Positions 1 through 12,091 of a DNA stretch of 32,989 bases are shown one piece after another. Within the stretch, counting starts at the first letter, position 1. Every line of letters begins with the position of its first letter. A program made the position numbers and the translations under genes. The notes under the pieces are model-generated. The model saw nothing but the letters and a program-made list of their open reading frames with translations, did no database searches and was not told the DNA's origin. The stretch is from Octopus bimaculoides (lineage: Eukaryota), in the NCBI RefSeq assembly GCF_001194135.2, contig NC_068989.1:8579614-8612602 (forward strand), given 5' to 3'.

Positions 1-36
<36 letters not shown>

Positions 37-354
37 GCACATACATATATATGTATGTATGCATGTATGTATGTATATTGCTTTGGGGTGCGTCGTTTGA
101 GGTTAATAGAACCTGACAAATAGATTTGGTACCGCAGATTTGAAGTGACCATGATATTTTGAGTCTTGCAATGCATGTATAGGCGTCGGAAACGAGCTTC
201 ACGGAGAGAAATTTATTTAGTTTATGCTGTGAGTTGTACGAACACATTATAAACTTCTCATGGTGTAGACATCGTGCGTTACTCAAATAGGTCTATTTGT
301 ACTTGTGCTTTTATTGCCTTTAAAATCTATGACCGTTTCTTTGTGTCTCTGTGT

Positions 355-404
355 ATGTATGTGTGTGTGTCTTAAGTGTGTGTGTGTGTCTTAAGTGTGT
401 GTAT

Positions 405-486
<82 letters not shown>
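355..486. repeat. (GT)n microsatellite with a duplicated GTCTTAA interruption
   Basis: Seen directly. Confidence 0.97.
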
Positions 487-488
<2 letters not shown>

Positions 489-789
489 CTCTGTGTACGT
501 TTCTATTTGTATGATAGTATTCAGTTTTCAGCTTTTATCTACACATTTTCGATGTAAAAATATATGTCTCTATGAAAGGAAGTAGAGGTGGGAATGTGCA
601 GCAATGATTGTCTTTAAATGGCTGTAACAATTTTTGTTATAATGCCATTATGTACGCTAGCCTGTGTATGTTCGAATGAATGCCAGTGAGAGAAATTGTA
701 ATTGTGTGTGTTGTTTGTAAGTGTGTGTATGTGTGTAATTGCGTGTAAATGTGTATGAGTGTCTGGGAGAGTCAAAAAATGTGCTGAAA

Positions 790-981
790 GGGCGGAGAAT
801 ATTCGTGACTTTCCGTAATGCTCACAAACACTATAAAAGTTCAGTTCACAAACGGCTTCTATTATAGAAATCAGACCACGTGACCTTCTATGCGCCAAAA
901 TTCATAGAAAACACTGGCACGCGTAACTAACTCTGCACCAACATCACATAAGACACCTACCACGTGACTAACTCTGCGCCA
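790..981. promoter_or_regulatory. Putative motif cluster (GC box, TATA-like, two CACGTG E-boxes, E2F-like site) with a direct repeat
   Basis: GGGCGG 790-795, TATAAAAG 832-839, CACGTG 877-882 and 961-966, GCGCCAAA 892-899, ACTAACTCTGCRCCA 926-940 and 967-981. Confidence 0.25.
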
Positions 982-1557
982 AGTCTATTTAGCGAAAACT
1001 TTTTGTCTTTGAAACTTGGGATATTCTCTGCAAGCATTGATTTCCACTTCCATTTACTCCTCTTCGTTATTCTGATTCACTTCCATTTCCTTTCCATCTT
1101 TTCACCCTCTGGCTATTTATTCTCAGTCTATTATCTTCTTTTTTTTTTCTCTTAGCACAATCTTTTAGTTCATTTCTTATTCGTTCTGTCCTTTGTTTTT
1201 ACTTTACACTATGTCATTTTCCCGAGCTTTTTGTTTATGCAAACCACCTTTTATATATCTACAGCTAACATATGATTATTTTGAACATGTTATCTTTTTG
1301 TTTTATGTACATACTCATATAGATAAAGACAACTTTACACAGACATATAAACTAATTTACATACATATATATATATGCGCGCGCGCGTGTTTATGCGTGC
1401 GTGTGTGCGTGTGTGTTGCCTTACATATGATTATGTATATCACTTATATGCAAATGATTAAAAATATCGTTAAAACACTCGTCCTTTAAATAAATAATCT
1501 TTATCTCTCAGCAAATGGAGTACTTTTTTGTTGAAGTTTCTATCACAAGAACAGGAC

Positions 1558-1559
1558 AT

Positions 1560-1646
<87 letters not shown>
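1558..1646. repeat. (AT)n(GT)n microsatellite
   Basis: Seen directly. Confidence 0.97.
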
Positions 1647-2017
1647 NNNNNNNNNNNNNNNNNNNNNNNNNNNNNNNNNNNNNNNNNNNNNNNNNNNNNN
1701 NNNNNNNNNNNNNNNNNNNNNNNNNNNNNNNNNNNNNNNNNNNNNNNNNNNNNNNNNNNNNNNNNNNNNNNNNNNNNNNNNNNNNNNNNNNNNNNNNNNN
1801 NNNNNNNNNNNNNNNNNNNNNNNNNNNNNNNNNNNNNNNNNNNNNNNNNNNNNNNNNNNNNNNNNNNNNNNNNNNNNNNNNNNNNNNNNNNNNNNNNNNN
1901 NNNNNNNNNNNNNNNNNNNNNNNNNNNNNNNNNNNNNNNNNNNNNNNNNNNNNNNNNNNNNNNNNNNNNNNNNNNNNNNNNNNNNNNNNNNNNNNNNNNN
2001 NNNNNNNNNNNNNNNNN
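1647..2017. other. Assembly gap
   Basis: N run between (GT)n and (AT)n. Confidence 1.
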
Positions 2018-2054
<37 letters not shown>

Positions 2055-2120
2055 TATAAGCGCGCACACACGCACACATACATGCACACATATATGTGAA
2101 CCGTATCATATAGCGCATGA

Positions 2121-2185
2121 AAGGCCGTGAGCTGGTAGAATTGTTAGTACGTGTGCTACGATGTTGCCACTTCACCGCCTTTCGT
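2121..2185 (+). mobile_element. SINE family A, decayed head fragment
   Basis: aaggccgtgagctggtagaattgttagtacg. Confidence 0.45.
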
Positions 2186-3455
2186 GTGTTATATGTTACG
2201 GTTTGTATGTATCGATTTGCCATTTGGAACGCCCAGTAATAGGTGCCTAATATCTTTACAGACATAAATGAACCCTTCTGGACGGTACGACTCCACATTT
2301 CTCATATTTCAGCACAATGTTATTAGTAGAATCTACGCTCCACTGCCCATCACTACCGTATGGCGTTCAAAAATGAACGGTCCGTGAGAATGTTTATTGG
2401 AGTCGATACCTTCGAGTAAAATTCGAAAACTACAACAACGCGAAGCGACTTGTGTTGTGTTTGTCTGCATAGTCACAGACAGTCTACTGACCGAAATAAT
2501 AATAGATATCAAATAAAGAAATAAGTCAAATCTCTACATACAGCGAATGGTGAACTGGTGTCTACGAACTGGTAACCCTTGTAAGAGCTGAAAAAATGCT
2601 ATGCGTGCAAACATACTTGGTAAGACGGGGAAATGCTTAAAATCTCGCTATACATAGATGCTTAGGTGCTTTACGTATGTATTCAATATATATGTATTTA
2701 TGTATGCATGTATGTATGGGCTATGTATGTATATGCATTATAGACATATATGCACACACACATACATATATATATGCACACAAAATGCTTATAAAATATT
2801 GTTATTTATTATAAATATTGCAAATTTGTGTGTATAAATAAATACATATATATATGTGTGTGTGTATGCATGTATATATATATATATACGTACATTCACT
2901 TACATAGATACATATATACATAAATGTATATAATGGCCGTGTATGTATGTATTTACATATGTACCTGTTTGTGCAGATATAAGTACATATGCTTGCGTAT
3001 TGTTTTGAATGTTTATATATCTGCCGTCTGTGCCTGTTCATCTGTTTGTTTTTCTTCGTATGTGTATCCGTATGCGTATATTATGTGTATCATAGAAGTT
3101 TGCAGCATATTTTACAATGTCGGATATCTCATAAACGTGTTGTAAGTTTTATGCTGAATATATGCAAAAGTTTATTCACGTAACGGCGTGCTGTGTATGA
3201 ACGCTATTGATAACTACGTGTATGTTTTTTTTTATTGTTTCTATAATATACGGGATATCGCTCGATAAAATCAACTTTAATTAGTCTTCCATTTCATTTA
3301 AAGGGAAATTCAAAAGAATGTAGTTGGAAATGAAATCAACCAATATGGTAATTTTCTTTATAGCCAACAAGACGGTTTTTACTGTTTATTTCTTCCATGT
3401 TTGCTATTGTTCTGCGTTCTTTTGTTTTACTGGCTTCCTTCTGATTTTTATATCT

Positions 3456-3519
3456 TCATCATCATCATCATCATCATCATTACCATCGTTGTTGTTATGT
3501 TTGTTCTTATAGTTGTTGA

Positions 3520-3563
<44 letters not shown>
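3456..3563. repeat. (TCA)n and (TTA)n trinucleotide microsatellites
   Basis: Seen directly. Confidence 0.95.
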
Positions 3564-3564
<1 letters not shown>

Positions 3565-4690
3565 TTTAAACATGTGTTGAACGTTTGTAGTTAGGACAGT
3601 TTTATTTAAATTTTTAATTTATTTTATTTATTTATTTTTTTTGTCGCTTAAGATGTTAATGAATTTTGGTTTATTATCATGATGCGAGTGTAGGATACAT
3701 TATAAAAAGACTGTTAAAAAGTATTATTTTGTAACAATAATAATAAACCATTGTTATTGTTCTCTTTGTTGATTGTAAAAGGAAACCAATTGCAATTCTG
3801 CTTTGTAAGGCCTGTGGATTTCATGAGATAAATATTGTATTCTAAATACAATATTTAACCGGAAATGCTTTGCCTACCTCTCCTGCTACCCTTTTGTCTT
3901 TGCAACCACTCGGAATACTCTACTTTATCATGTGCATCAAGGTAAAGAATAGAGTATGTAAACATCTTAATGAATTCTCGCATGTATTGAAACAAAAACA
4001 ACACACGATATTTTAAAGTTAAATTTTGAACGCATATTTGAAATCTGGCTTCCGCTAAATGGACTGACCTGAATCAATACTTACTTTACAACGAGTGCTT
4101 TATTTTCTACTTTCGTTCCACGATTACATAAGCCTCTCATCTCAGCTTCATATTTATACGTACACATAAACCTATGCTACTTTTCTGTATCTTCTGCACG
4201 TCGTTCTGAAATGTATCACCATGAAACCATTATACTTCATGCAGAGCCTCACTCGACTAAAGAAAATGTAATACTGAAGCAAAGGTTTGTTTGCTGCGCT
4301 GAGTATAGAGACCAAACATTGCGTTCGTAGGAAATGGGAGAGGTGTGCGGAGTGTATACATGCCTTGTAGATATTTACCCCGTGTGTATGTGTGTATGTG
4401 AAACTGCTTTTGAACACGTTTGTGTATTTGCGTAAGTTGTCTCCGATACAAAGCTCCAGTGTAGGAATGTAGATGACAAAGACAATTTCGCATTTTGAAC
4501 TTGAAACAAATCTTGTATATTATTACTGTTCCGCTTATAGATTGTAATTAAATATGCGTGTTAGTTGGTTGATTTCTTTCTCAAAAATCCTTACCTTTTC
4601 CTGATTTGACATTGGCATTTGTTCACAAAAGAATTTCGGTAGAGAAGCTTTGTGTGTTTCTTAATTAAAGTGGTGGCATTTTAAATCACA

Positions 4691-4810
4691 TCAGTGAAAT
4701 AGAGCAGTTTCTTCTTTTCGTAATGGCATGTCAACTTCGGACAATTCTTGATTTTTGAGATCATCTCCCTTTATCAAGGGGATCTGATCTTCATTGTCAC
4801 TTGAGACATA
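4691..4810 (-). CDS. Candidate coding exon, probably C-terminal (YVSSDNEDQIPLIKGDDLKNQELSEVDMPLRKEETALFH*), of an unidentified minus-strand gene
   Basis: Strong acceptor tttatttccctctctatag|TAT (AG at 4812-4811). The phase-0 frame is open for 39 codons to TGA at 4693-4691 and has protein-like composition; the other two frames close early. Confidence 0.5.
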   Translation of the reverse strand, partial: YVSSDNEDQIPLIKGDDLKNQELSEVDMPLRKEETALFH

Positions 4811-4904
4811 CTATAGAGAGGGAAATAAATTTAATAAATCAAGAATTTCTATTGTGTATTTGTATATGTAAATGCATATGTAAACATAAATATTTATAGG
4901 TATG

Positions 4905-5105
<201 letters not shown>

Positions 5106-6076
5106 TAAATGTACTCACGCACACATATATACACACCCGCTTTTGCGTATACATATACACACATAGATTTATATAACGATATATGCGTATGTATAAGTAA
5201 ATTACTGCGACGAGTTTTGCTGATTTCGCTTATTTCTTCATTGATGCTGATGTATAATTTGATAAATTGAAACCACAGCGTTCCTAAATGCATAAATTAC
5301 AAAATTAATTAACACTTCAAGACAGACACGGATCGAACATGAGAATTTTTGACGGCAAGACAGTCGTATTTTTCACGCATTAAGTAACTAGTCAAAAATG
5401 CTCCTAGCAAATTTTTTTCTAAACGATAAAAGCACCAGTGCTCAATATAACATTTATACAACCATTAAATAATGTTGAATCCCGTAATTTGTTTTGAAAA
5501 TCATTTATCTATGCACTAACTTCTGTTTGTATTTTGTTATTTGTAACGCTTCCTTATTTATTCCTACGAATTAGGGAAATTCCATATAAATTTGTAACAC
5601 CTTCAAATAATTTTCTGTGTCTAATTTTATTCCGTATTCCATACAATGTTGAGGTGTGATGACTAATTGTAATAAATGCATAATACAAACCGCGACAAAA
5701 ATCGCAAAACTATGGATTCGATGTTGCAGCTTCAATCACGAAGGTTAGAACTTGCATGTTTTCGTTGAAATGTGTAAATCTGAAGTTCATCTACTGTTTT
5801 GCTGTTTTGTCTGTTGAGGAGATTATTCTGTTTTCCTTTTCTTCAATATGATTCAAATATTATGTCTGTTTGATTAGGTAGGTGCGTACGCGTACCTTCG
5901 TGTGATTGAGTATGTGGGTGATGGTATGCCTGAGCACGAGTAAACGTGTATGCGCATGTCTGTGTGTTCGTGCAGAATCAAATCCTAATATTCTCTGATC
6001 TCAACTACAAGCCACTTTGTTATATGAACCGCTGGCTTACTATATCAAGCAGTTCTTACAAACTATATTTTCTTAC

Positions 6077-6203
6077 CTACCTACGTCATCAGTGTTGTGT
6101 TGTCTAAAGAACTGGCTACGAGACGATGCTGAAAAGTTCATGGCTTTAAGGGTATCGTGAAAGACCTGGTTGGTGGCCCAATCTTCCAAGTTCTTTTGCA
6201 GGG
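6077..6203 (-). CDS. Candidate internal exon (LQKNLEDWATNQVFHDTLKAMNFSASSRSQFFRQHNTDDVG), phase 1 to 2
   Basis: Donor AG|GTAAGA at 6076, open frame, GC-richer than flanks. The acceptor is weak (ttttctaag|); the shorter alternative aacttttcag| keeps the same frame. Confidence 0.35.
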
Positions 6204-6331
6204 CTTAGAAAAACCTGAAGGACCGCTGCAATAAAAGTATGAATCTGAGAGGAGAATATCTTCAACAAAATCATAATTAGTTGATCCTCTAGTATACGAG
6301 TATATGTGTGAGCATGTATGTATATATAATC

Positions 6332-6380
6332 TTGATTTATATTCATAATTTTGATTTATATTCATAATTTTGATTTATAT
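6332..6380. repeat. 19-bp tandem duplication TTGATTTATATTCATAATT x2.6
   Basis: Seen directly. Confidence 0.9.
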
Positions 6381-6875
6381 ATATATATATATATATCATA
6401 CCACCGTCCGATTTATATAATTACAAATACATGACAATAAAAATATGTAAATTGCATGATGTTATTCAACACTTCTCAAAAACGATTTGCTTTAGTATTA
6501 TATTCACTGCTGAGTCCGATAAAATAATCAAACGAAAAAAAACTATAATTTATCATTAGTAGTCTATTTTATGAACTACACCGTTTCCTGTAAATTTGTG
6601 ATCTTAATAAAAACAAAAGCCTTTGTCATTAATTGTTGTTGATTCCCCTTTTGTATTTTCTACACGACATTATTTTATTTTTTTTTTAATAACAATCATC
6701 TTTGTAAACATGCTGGAAAATTCTATCACAAAAGAAATTGAGTTTTATATTTTTTTTAATGTTTTTTGAAATGTACTCTTGCAAATGAAGAATTCTTTTC
6801 TGCCATAAACAACAGCTGTATCTCTGAAGAAGGAAAGGGAATGCCACAGTTTTGTACAGAATAAAATGCTACCGT

Positions 6876-7022
6876 CTAAGTTGAAAGAGCAGCAGTGTAT
6901 TCTGGAAACGTAACAGTGTATTCTGAGGCAGCAACAGTGTATTCTGGAAAATTAACAGAGTATTCTGGGGCAGCAGCGGTGTATTCTGGGACAGCAACAG
7001 AGTATTCTGGCACGGTACGAAC
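6876..7022 (-). CDS. Candidate terminal exon VRTVPEYSVAVPEYTAAAPEYSVNFPEYTVAASEYTVTFPEYTAALST*
   Basis: Acceptor tctttttattaaccag|GTT at 7024-7023; 49 codons ending TAG at 6878-6876; spans the 21-bp array in register. Confidence 0.35.
   Translation of the reverse strand, partial: VRTVPEYSVAVPEYTAAAPEYSVNFPEYTVAASEYTVTFPEYTAALST
6887..7012. repeat. 21-bp minisatellite, 6 units, core GTATTCTG(G), partial 42-bp higher-order period
   Basis: Cores start at 6897, 6918, 6939, 6960, 6981 and 7002, an exact period of 21. Confidence 0.95.
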
Positions 7023-7763
7023 CTGGTTAATAAAAAGACAGCGACGAAAATACATAATCTTAAATATTAATTGTTTTAAGATATTGAAATTTATCGAACT
7101 TATGGAAATGCCCGTATAACAGAAAAAAAAGACAAATATGATTATTTTTCGTATTCTATGCAGACATCAATATTAATGTTTAAATCGTGTCACCTTCTAA
7201 CCCACTGAACTGAAATATTGCTTGAGGACAATAATTGCCAAGTTCCATTTTAATTAAGGTAATGTTAAGAGAGAAAGGTTGGTAAGTTACAAGAATTGTA
7301 CGACTGCCAATTTTTATTTCACTTTATTTATTTATTCTTTTTATTTATTGTGGTTTGTTGTTGCGTGTGAATTTGAAAACTAATCTCTGGCTTCCAGCAG
7401 AAAATGGTCCCACGTGAAATAAAACAAAAATCTGAATGATTTAAAGTAACATTTATGTATTCTTCTATAATGTGTTGCAGGTGATGAATTGTGGAGTACA
7501 CACAGTAAAAACATATTAAAAAATTATGCGCAGATATATATATATACATGCATACATACAAACATACGAAGAGCATGCACACAAATGCAAATATCAATGT
7601 ATATAAGTACAAACTCCCATTTGTATACAGAAATAAGAAGACGCTTACGAAAACATGACGCGCATATTTTAATCGTTTCGTTCGTCGGACTGCGGTCATG
7701 ATGTAACGTTACCCACAAATCTCCTCAATGCCACTTGTTACATCCATCTTATAAATGTTTCAT

Positions 7764-7769
<6 letters not shown>

Positions 7770-7815
<46 letters not shown>

Positions 7816-7826
7816 CATATATATAT
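7770..7826. repeat. (TACA)n microsatellite
   Basis: Seen directly. Confidence 0.95.
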
Positions 7827-8362
7827 GTAGTTAGAATATTATGGATTCAAACATACTGTCAGATTGAAACATATGTTGGATTTTTGGGAGGATATATTTA
7901 GATTATTTTGTTGATGCGGTTCCTTTTATACTTGTTGTTATAGGTATCTCTTTTAATTTGCATTACTTTTCCATTGCCATTGTGATGCAAATAAAATGAA
8001 CCAGGCATCTATTATATAGAATCCAAACTAGATCGGGAACATCTATATATATATATATATCGTTGATGATAATATTACTCAGTGTGCTTATCCGTATTTT
8101 ATACGCAATTATAAAGTAACAACAGAGCGCCACACAGTGCCTGAGTCGAATCTTATCCTGTCTCTGTTCGTTATTGGAATACTGCTGGTGACTCATAGGT
8201 TTTTAGTTTTGATTTTAGTGAAAGATTGATTGCATACTTTGCCTTCGTTCTAATTACAGTGGTTCTATGAAGTCAGCTGATCTATTTTCCTGCCTTTGAC
8301 ATGTGCTTTCAGAGCGATGCAGTGTCTTAAATGGCATCACAAAGAAAATATACAGGACACTA

Positions 8363-8536
<174 letters not shown>

Positions 8537-8669
8537 TTATATTGAGATTACTATTTATGAAATACTTTGCAGCTGTATAAGATGCAATTTAATGTTTCAT
8601 GTGTAAAGAGCAGCGTTTATAATTTCAACTGAGTGTATAAGTCTATCTCTCTCTCTTAATATTTTTGTT

Positions 8670-8759
8670 CCTATACATATACATATTTATATATATATAT
8701 ATTTATATACATATATATATATATATATTTATATACCTATATATATATATATATATATT

Positions 8760-8799
<40 letters not shown>

Positions 8800-8805
8800 C
8801 ACACA
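8670..8805. repeat. Interrupted (AT)n tract
   Basis: Seen directly. Confidence 0.95.
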
Positions 8806-10339
8806 TTCACATTTAAAAGGAGAGAGAGTAGAGACAGAACGAAGGAGAAAGTGAGAGATAGAGAGAAAGATTGGGAATGAGCGAGAGAGCTATATATATG
8901 TGTGTGCGCAAATATCAGCTACGCCTGGGCATCGATATATACGACTCTACACAGTCCTACTAAAAAGTAACTTACTATATATTCCCATAATCAGCACACA
9001 CCATGTTTCTGAAACAGCAAGTTAGTGAGCCAGGCAAAGTGGGGAAAAAAAAACAAAAACAAATATAACAGAAAAGCAAGCAGACGGAGTAACGAAGAGT
9101 AGTCATGAAATAGACTGCCATATTCGAAGAACCGAAGACATAAAAAGTGAGCTATAAATACTAAAATTGCGCAAAAGTACTGTATATAAATGCATGAAAT
9201 CAAAGAGTATTGTAATGGAATCTAGCAAAGGTGATCGCAAGGAATTATGCAAATTATTGCCATAATATAAACCAAAATATCTTTGAAAGATGAATTATTG
9301 TACACAATTTCCCTCCTACCGTATGCTGTTTGGCAATGCTCACTAAAGAAGACAACTTTTTATATTATCTGTTTATTAATTTGTTCATGTATGTACCGGA
9401 CTTTTCTTTTATAATGCCGTTTCAAAAATCCGTAACAACCCAATTTTTCATCATCGAATGTTACGATAAAGAGAATGGAGAAAAAATATATAATATCAAT
9501 ATAAATGTAATTTATTTTATCCGTATTTGTAATAAAGGCGTAATATCATATATAGTCATAAAGTATATAGAATAATATACTGGAAAATATTTCTTTTAAA
9601 AGAGAAAAAACAGTAATGAAAAGCGCTATTGATTTATAAAGAAATGGAATTTTGTGATGTTCGAAATATTGATAGCGGTAGTTAGGATATAAACGAAGTG
9701 TAATGGTTCAGCAGGCTTTCCTGTAACATATGGCTCTCGCTTATATAACTAAATATTGTCTCCTGACAAGATAATGTATTCTCTCTATATGCAATATCAG
9801 ATGTTCAGACTTGATCTAAAATTTTCATGAAATATATATCAAGAGAGACTAAATCGACGCAGTGGTTTCAAATTAGCAAGTGCAGGTAACCCAGGTGCAG
9901 TACGCTCCTATTGCATGCTTAAATATCGATTAATTCTTTGTAAAAATAACTAGTATTGATAAACCATAGTTCCACATTTACAAATCTTTTAGACTGCATC
10001 GGTTACCTTGATAGCTAAAACATTTGTGGTTTTGACTAGTGGAGTAGCTGAAGTGCATGCCGCCCTAGACATCCCTTGAGTTTTCCGCCCGGCTTGTTTC
10101 ATACAGGTTTATACAGCAAACCTCAAAGTGCTGCGTCAGTAAAAACGTTGCCCAGATTGTACCGACTTCATCTGAACCCGGTAATCATGCTTCTGGTTTC
10201 GCCCATGGTTCCCTTCGAACAACCAGGATGCTATCAGAAACATATTTCTGTTCTTTGTGAGAATGTATATACGAGATGTAATGAATTTTCAACGAGTAGT
10301 TGAGCGCGAGATTACAAATTTATTTACATAAGTGGAAGA

Positions 10340-10495
10340 CAGGGCTCTCTAGTTAAAGACCACTTTGTCGGAAGGTGGGTTCGAGGTTTATCCCACACCG
10401 AGGCACTTTGTGCAAGCGTCTTCTAATATAGTTCCCGGTTGACCAATGTCTTGTGAGAGAATTGGTAGACACAAACAGGGAGAAACCACTTCTGT
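10340..10495 (+). mobile_element. SINE family B, decayed 5' part
   Basis: gggttcgag..ggcactttgtgcaagcgtcttcta..tagt..gaccaatgtcttgtgag..ttggtagac. Confidence 0.65.
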
Positions 10496-10660
10496 ATGTA
10501 TATATATATGTGTGTGTGTGATGAATATGCACGTGTGAGTGTATTTGCGTGCGCGTGTCTGTCTTTGTTTGTACTCACAACGTTTATCCTTGCACGTTCA
10601 GTAAATCAGCCAGTAAATTAAATCCCAGATGTCGAAATATGCAATTAGCTCTAATATATA

Positions 10661-10949
10661 NNNNNNNNNNNNNNNNNNNNNNNNNNNNNNNNNNNNNNNN
10701 NNNNNNNNNNNNNNNNNNNNNNNNNNNNNNNNNNNNNNNNNNNNNNNNNNNNNNNNNNNNNNNNNNNNNNNNNNNNNNNNNNNNNNNNNNNNNNNNNNNN
10801 NNNNNNNNNNNNNNNNNNNNNNNNNNNNNNNNNNNNNNNNNNNNNNNNNNNNNNNNNNNNNNNNNNNNNNNNNNNNNNNNNNNNNNNNNNNNNNNNNNNN
10901 NNNNNNNNNNNNNNNNNNNNNNNNNNNNNNNNNNNNNNNNNNNNNNNNN
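10661..10949. other. Assembly gap
   Basis: N run following an (AT)n stub. Confidence 1.
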
Positions 10950-11069
10950 CAGAAAAAGGAGAGAGAGAGGAAAGTGCAACAGAAAAGGAATACGGAGGAA
11001 AAAAATCGCCAACGATTCACATGTGGTTATATATAAACGTATATATAATACATGCATACATTTCTGTAC

Positions 11070-11143
<74 letters not shown>
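11070..11143. repeat. (AT)n(GT)n microsatellite
   Basis: Seen directly. Confidence 0.95.
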
Positions 11144-11145
<2 letters not shown>

Positions 11146-11370
11146 ATATGTGTGAGTATCAAATGTCTTAAATGTTCTTGTTCAGGACAAGCTACTGTAT
11201 CGATTTGGAGGTAGGTCATAATAATTAAAATGTGATTTCAGTAATGTATACATTCGGAAGAATGTCAAAAAGCCAACATATTTTGGTTGAATACTATTCC
11301 ACCCCCGCCCAATGTACTTTTAGTGTAAAACTAACGTTATCAATGCCTAGACACATACACACAAACGTAA

Positions 11371-11404
<34 letters not shown>

Positions 11405-12091
11405 ATACATATATAAACATACATATATATTACTGAATACACATGTCTACGTATAAATGCTCACAGATATGTGTGTGTGCGTACATAAGCACACACACAC
11501 ACACACATATAAAAATATTCTAACATTCCCAATAGAAATTCCACGGTTAGAAAGTTATAACGAACCAAAGAATATATAATTTCCTTTGAAATCGTATTTT
11601 TGTTTGAAACATTTTCTTTTAGATTTCGTAAACGTCCAGAAAGGTTGTATTAGCATTCGATGTTACATACTTGGGAGACAACATCTCTGAATATAACACA
11701 CTTTCTTCCTCTTGTGACTTGTTTTTATTTTGAATATTGCTATCTGTTATTATTCATCTTTACGTCAAGAAGTTAACTCTCTTAACTATCGAACGAATTC
11801 AAAGATTGCTACATCGGTAATTTTATTCTTATGCACAAATATGCTGGTAAAATTGTAGCAAAATTTATGTTGTATTACGTTCTTGTATTTATATCGGAGA
11901 CTAGACCATATGGTGAGGCTTTAACCCAAAGTCGAGGTGAATGAAATATAGATGCTGCTCCGCTAATGTGTATTATATAATTGATCGATATTCCTCGCGG
12001 ACATGGTTACATGTTTAAAGTGCTTGCTTTGTAACCATGTGGTTTTCATTGTGTAAAACCATATCGTTATTGTTTTCTGTATTCTCGAGGA

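Noticed and set aside
4661-4693. Selenocysteine readthrough of the TGA at 4691
   Set aside because: A TAA follows nine codons later, and I saw no SECIS-like element.
5745-5851. Minus-strand peptide KGKQNNLLNRQNSKTVDELQIYTFQRKHASSNLRD*, phase-compatible with the 6077 donor
   Set aside because: The acceptor has almost no pyrimidine tract; too weak to list.
6140-6233. Plus-strand peptide KVHGFKGIVKDLVGGPIFQVLLQGLEKPEGPLQ*
   Set aside because: It is the in-register antisense shadow of the minus-strand candidate and lacks a credible acceptor.
6887-7012. CRISPR-like array
   Set aside because: Contiguous degenerate 21-bp units without unique spacers, no cas genes, eukaryotic context.
9029-9156. 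Plus-strand open stretch ..NITEKQADGVTKSSHEIDCHIRRTEDIKSEL*
   Set aside because: No start codon or acceptor; an A-rich stretch that is stop-poor by composition.
12001-12040. pre-miRNA with an AAAGTGC seed
   Set aside because: The stem is only about 14 bp with a large bulge, and the seed word lies at the loop.
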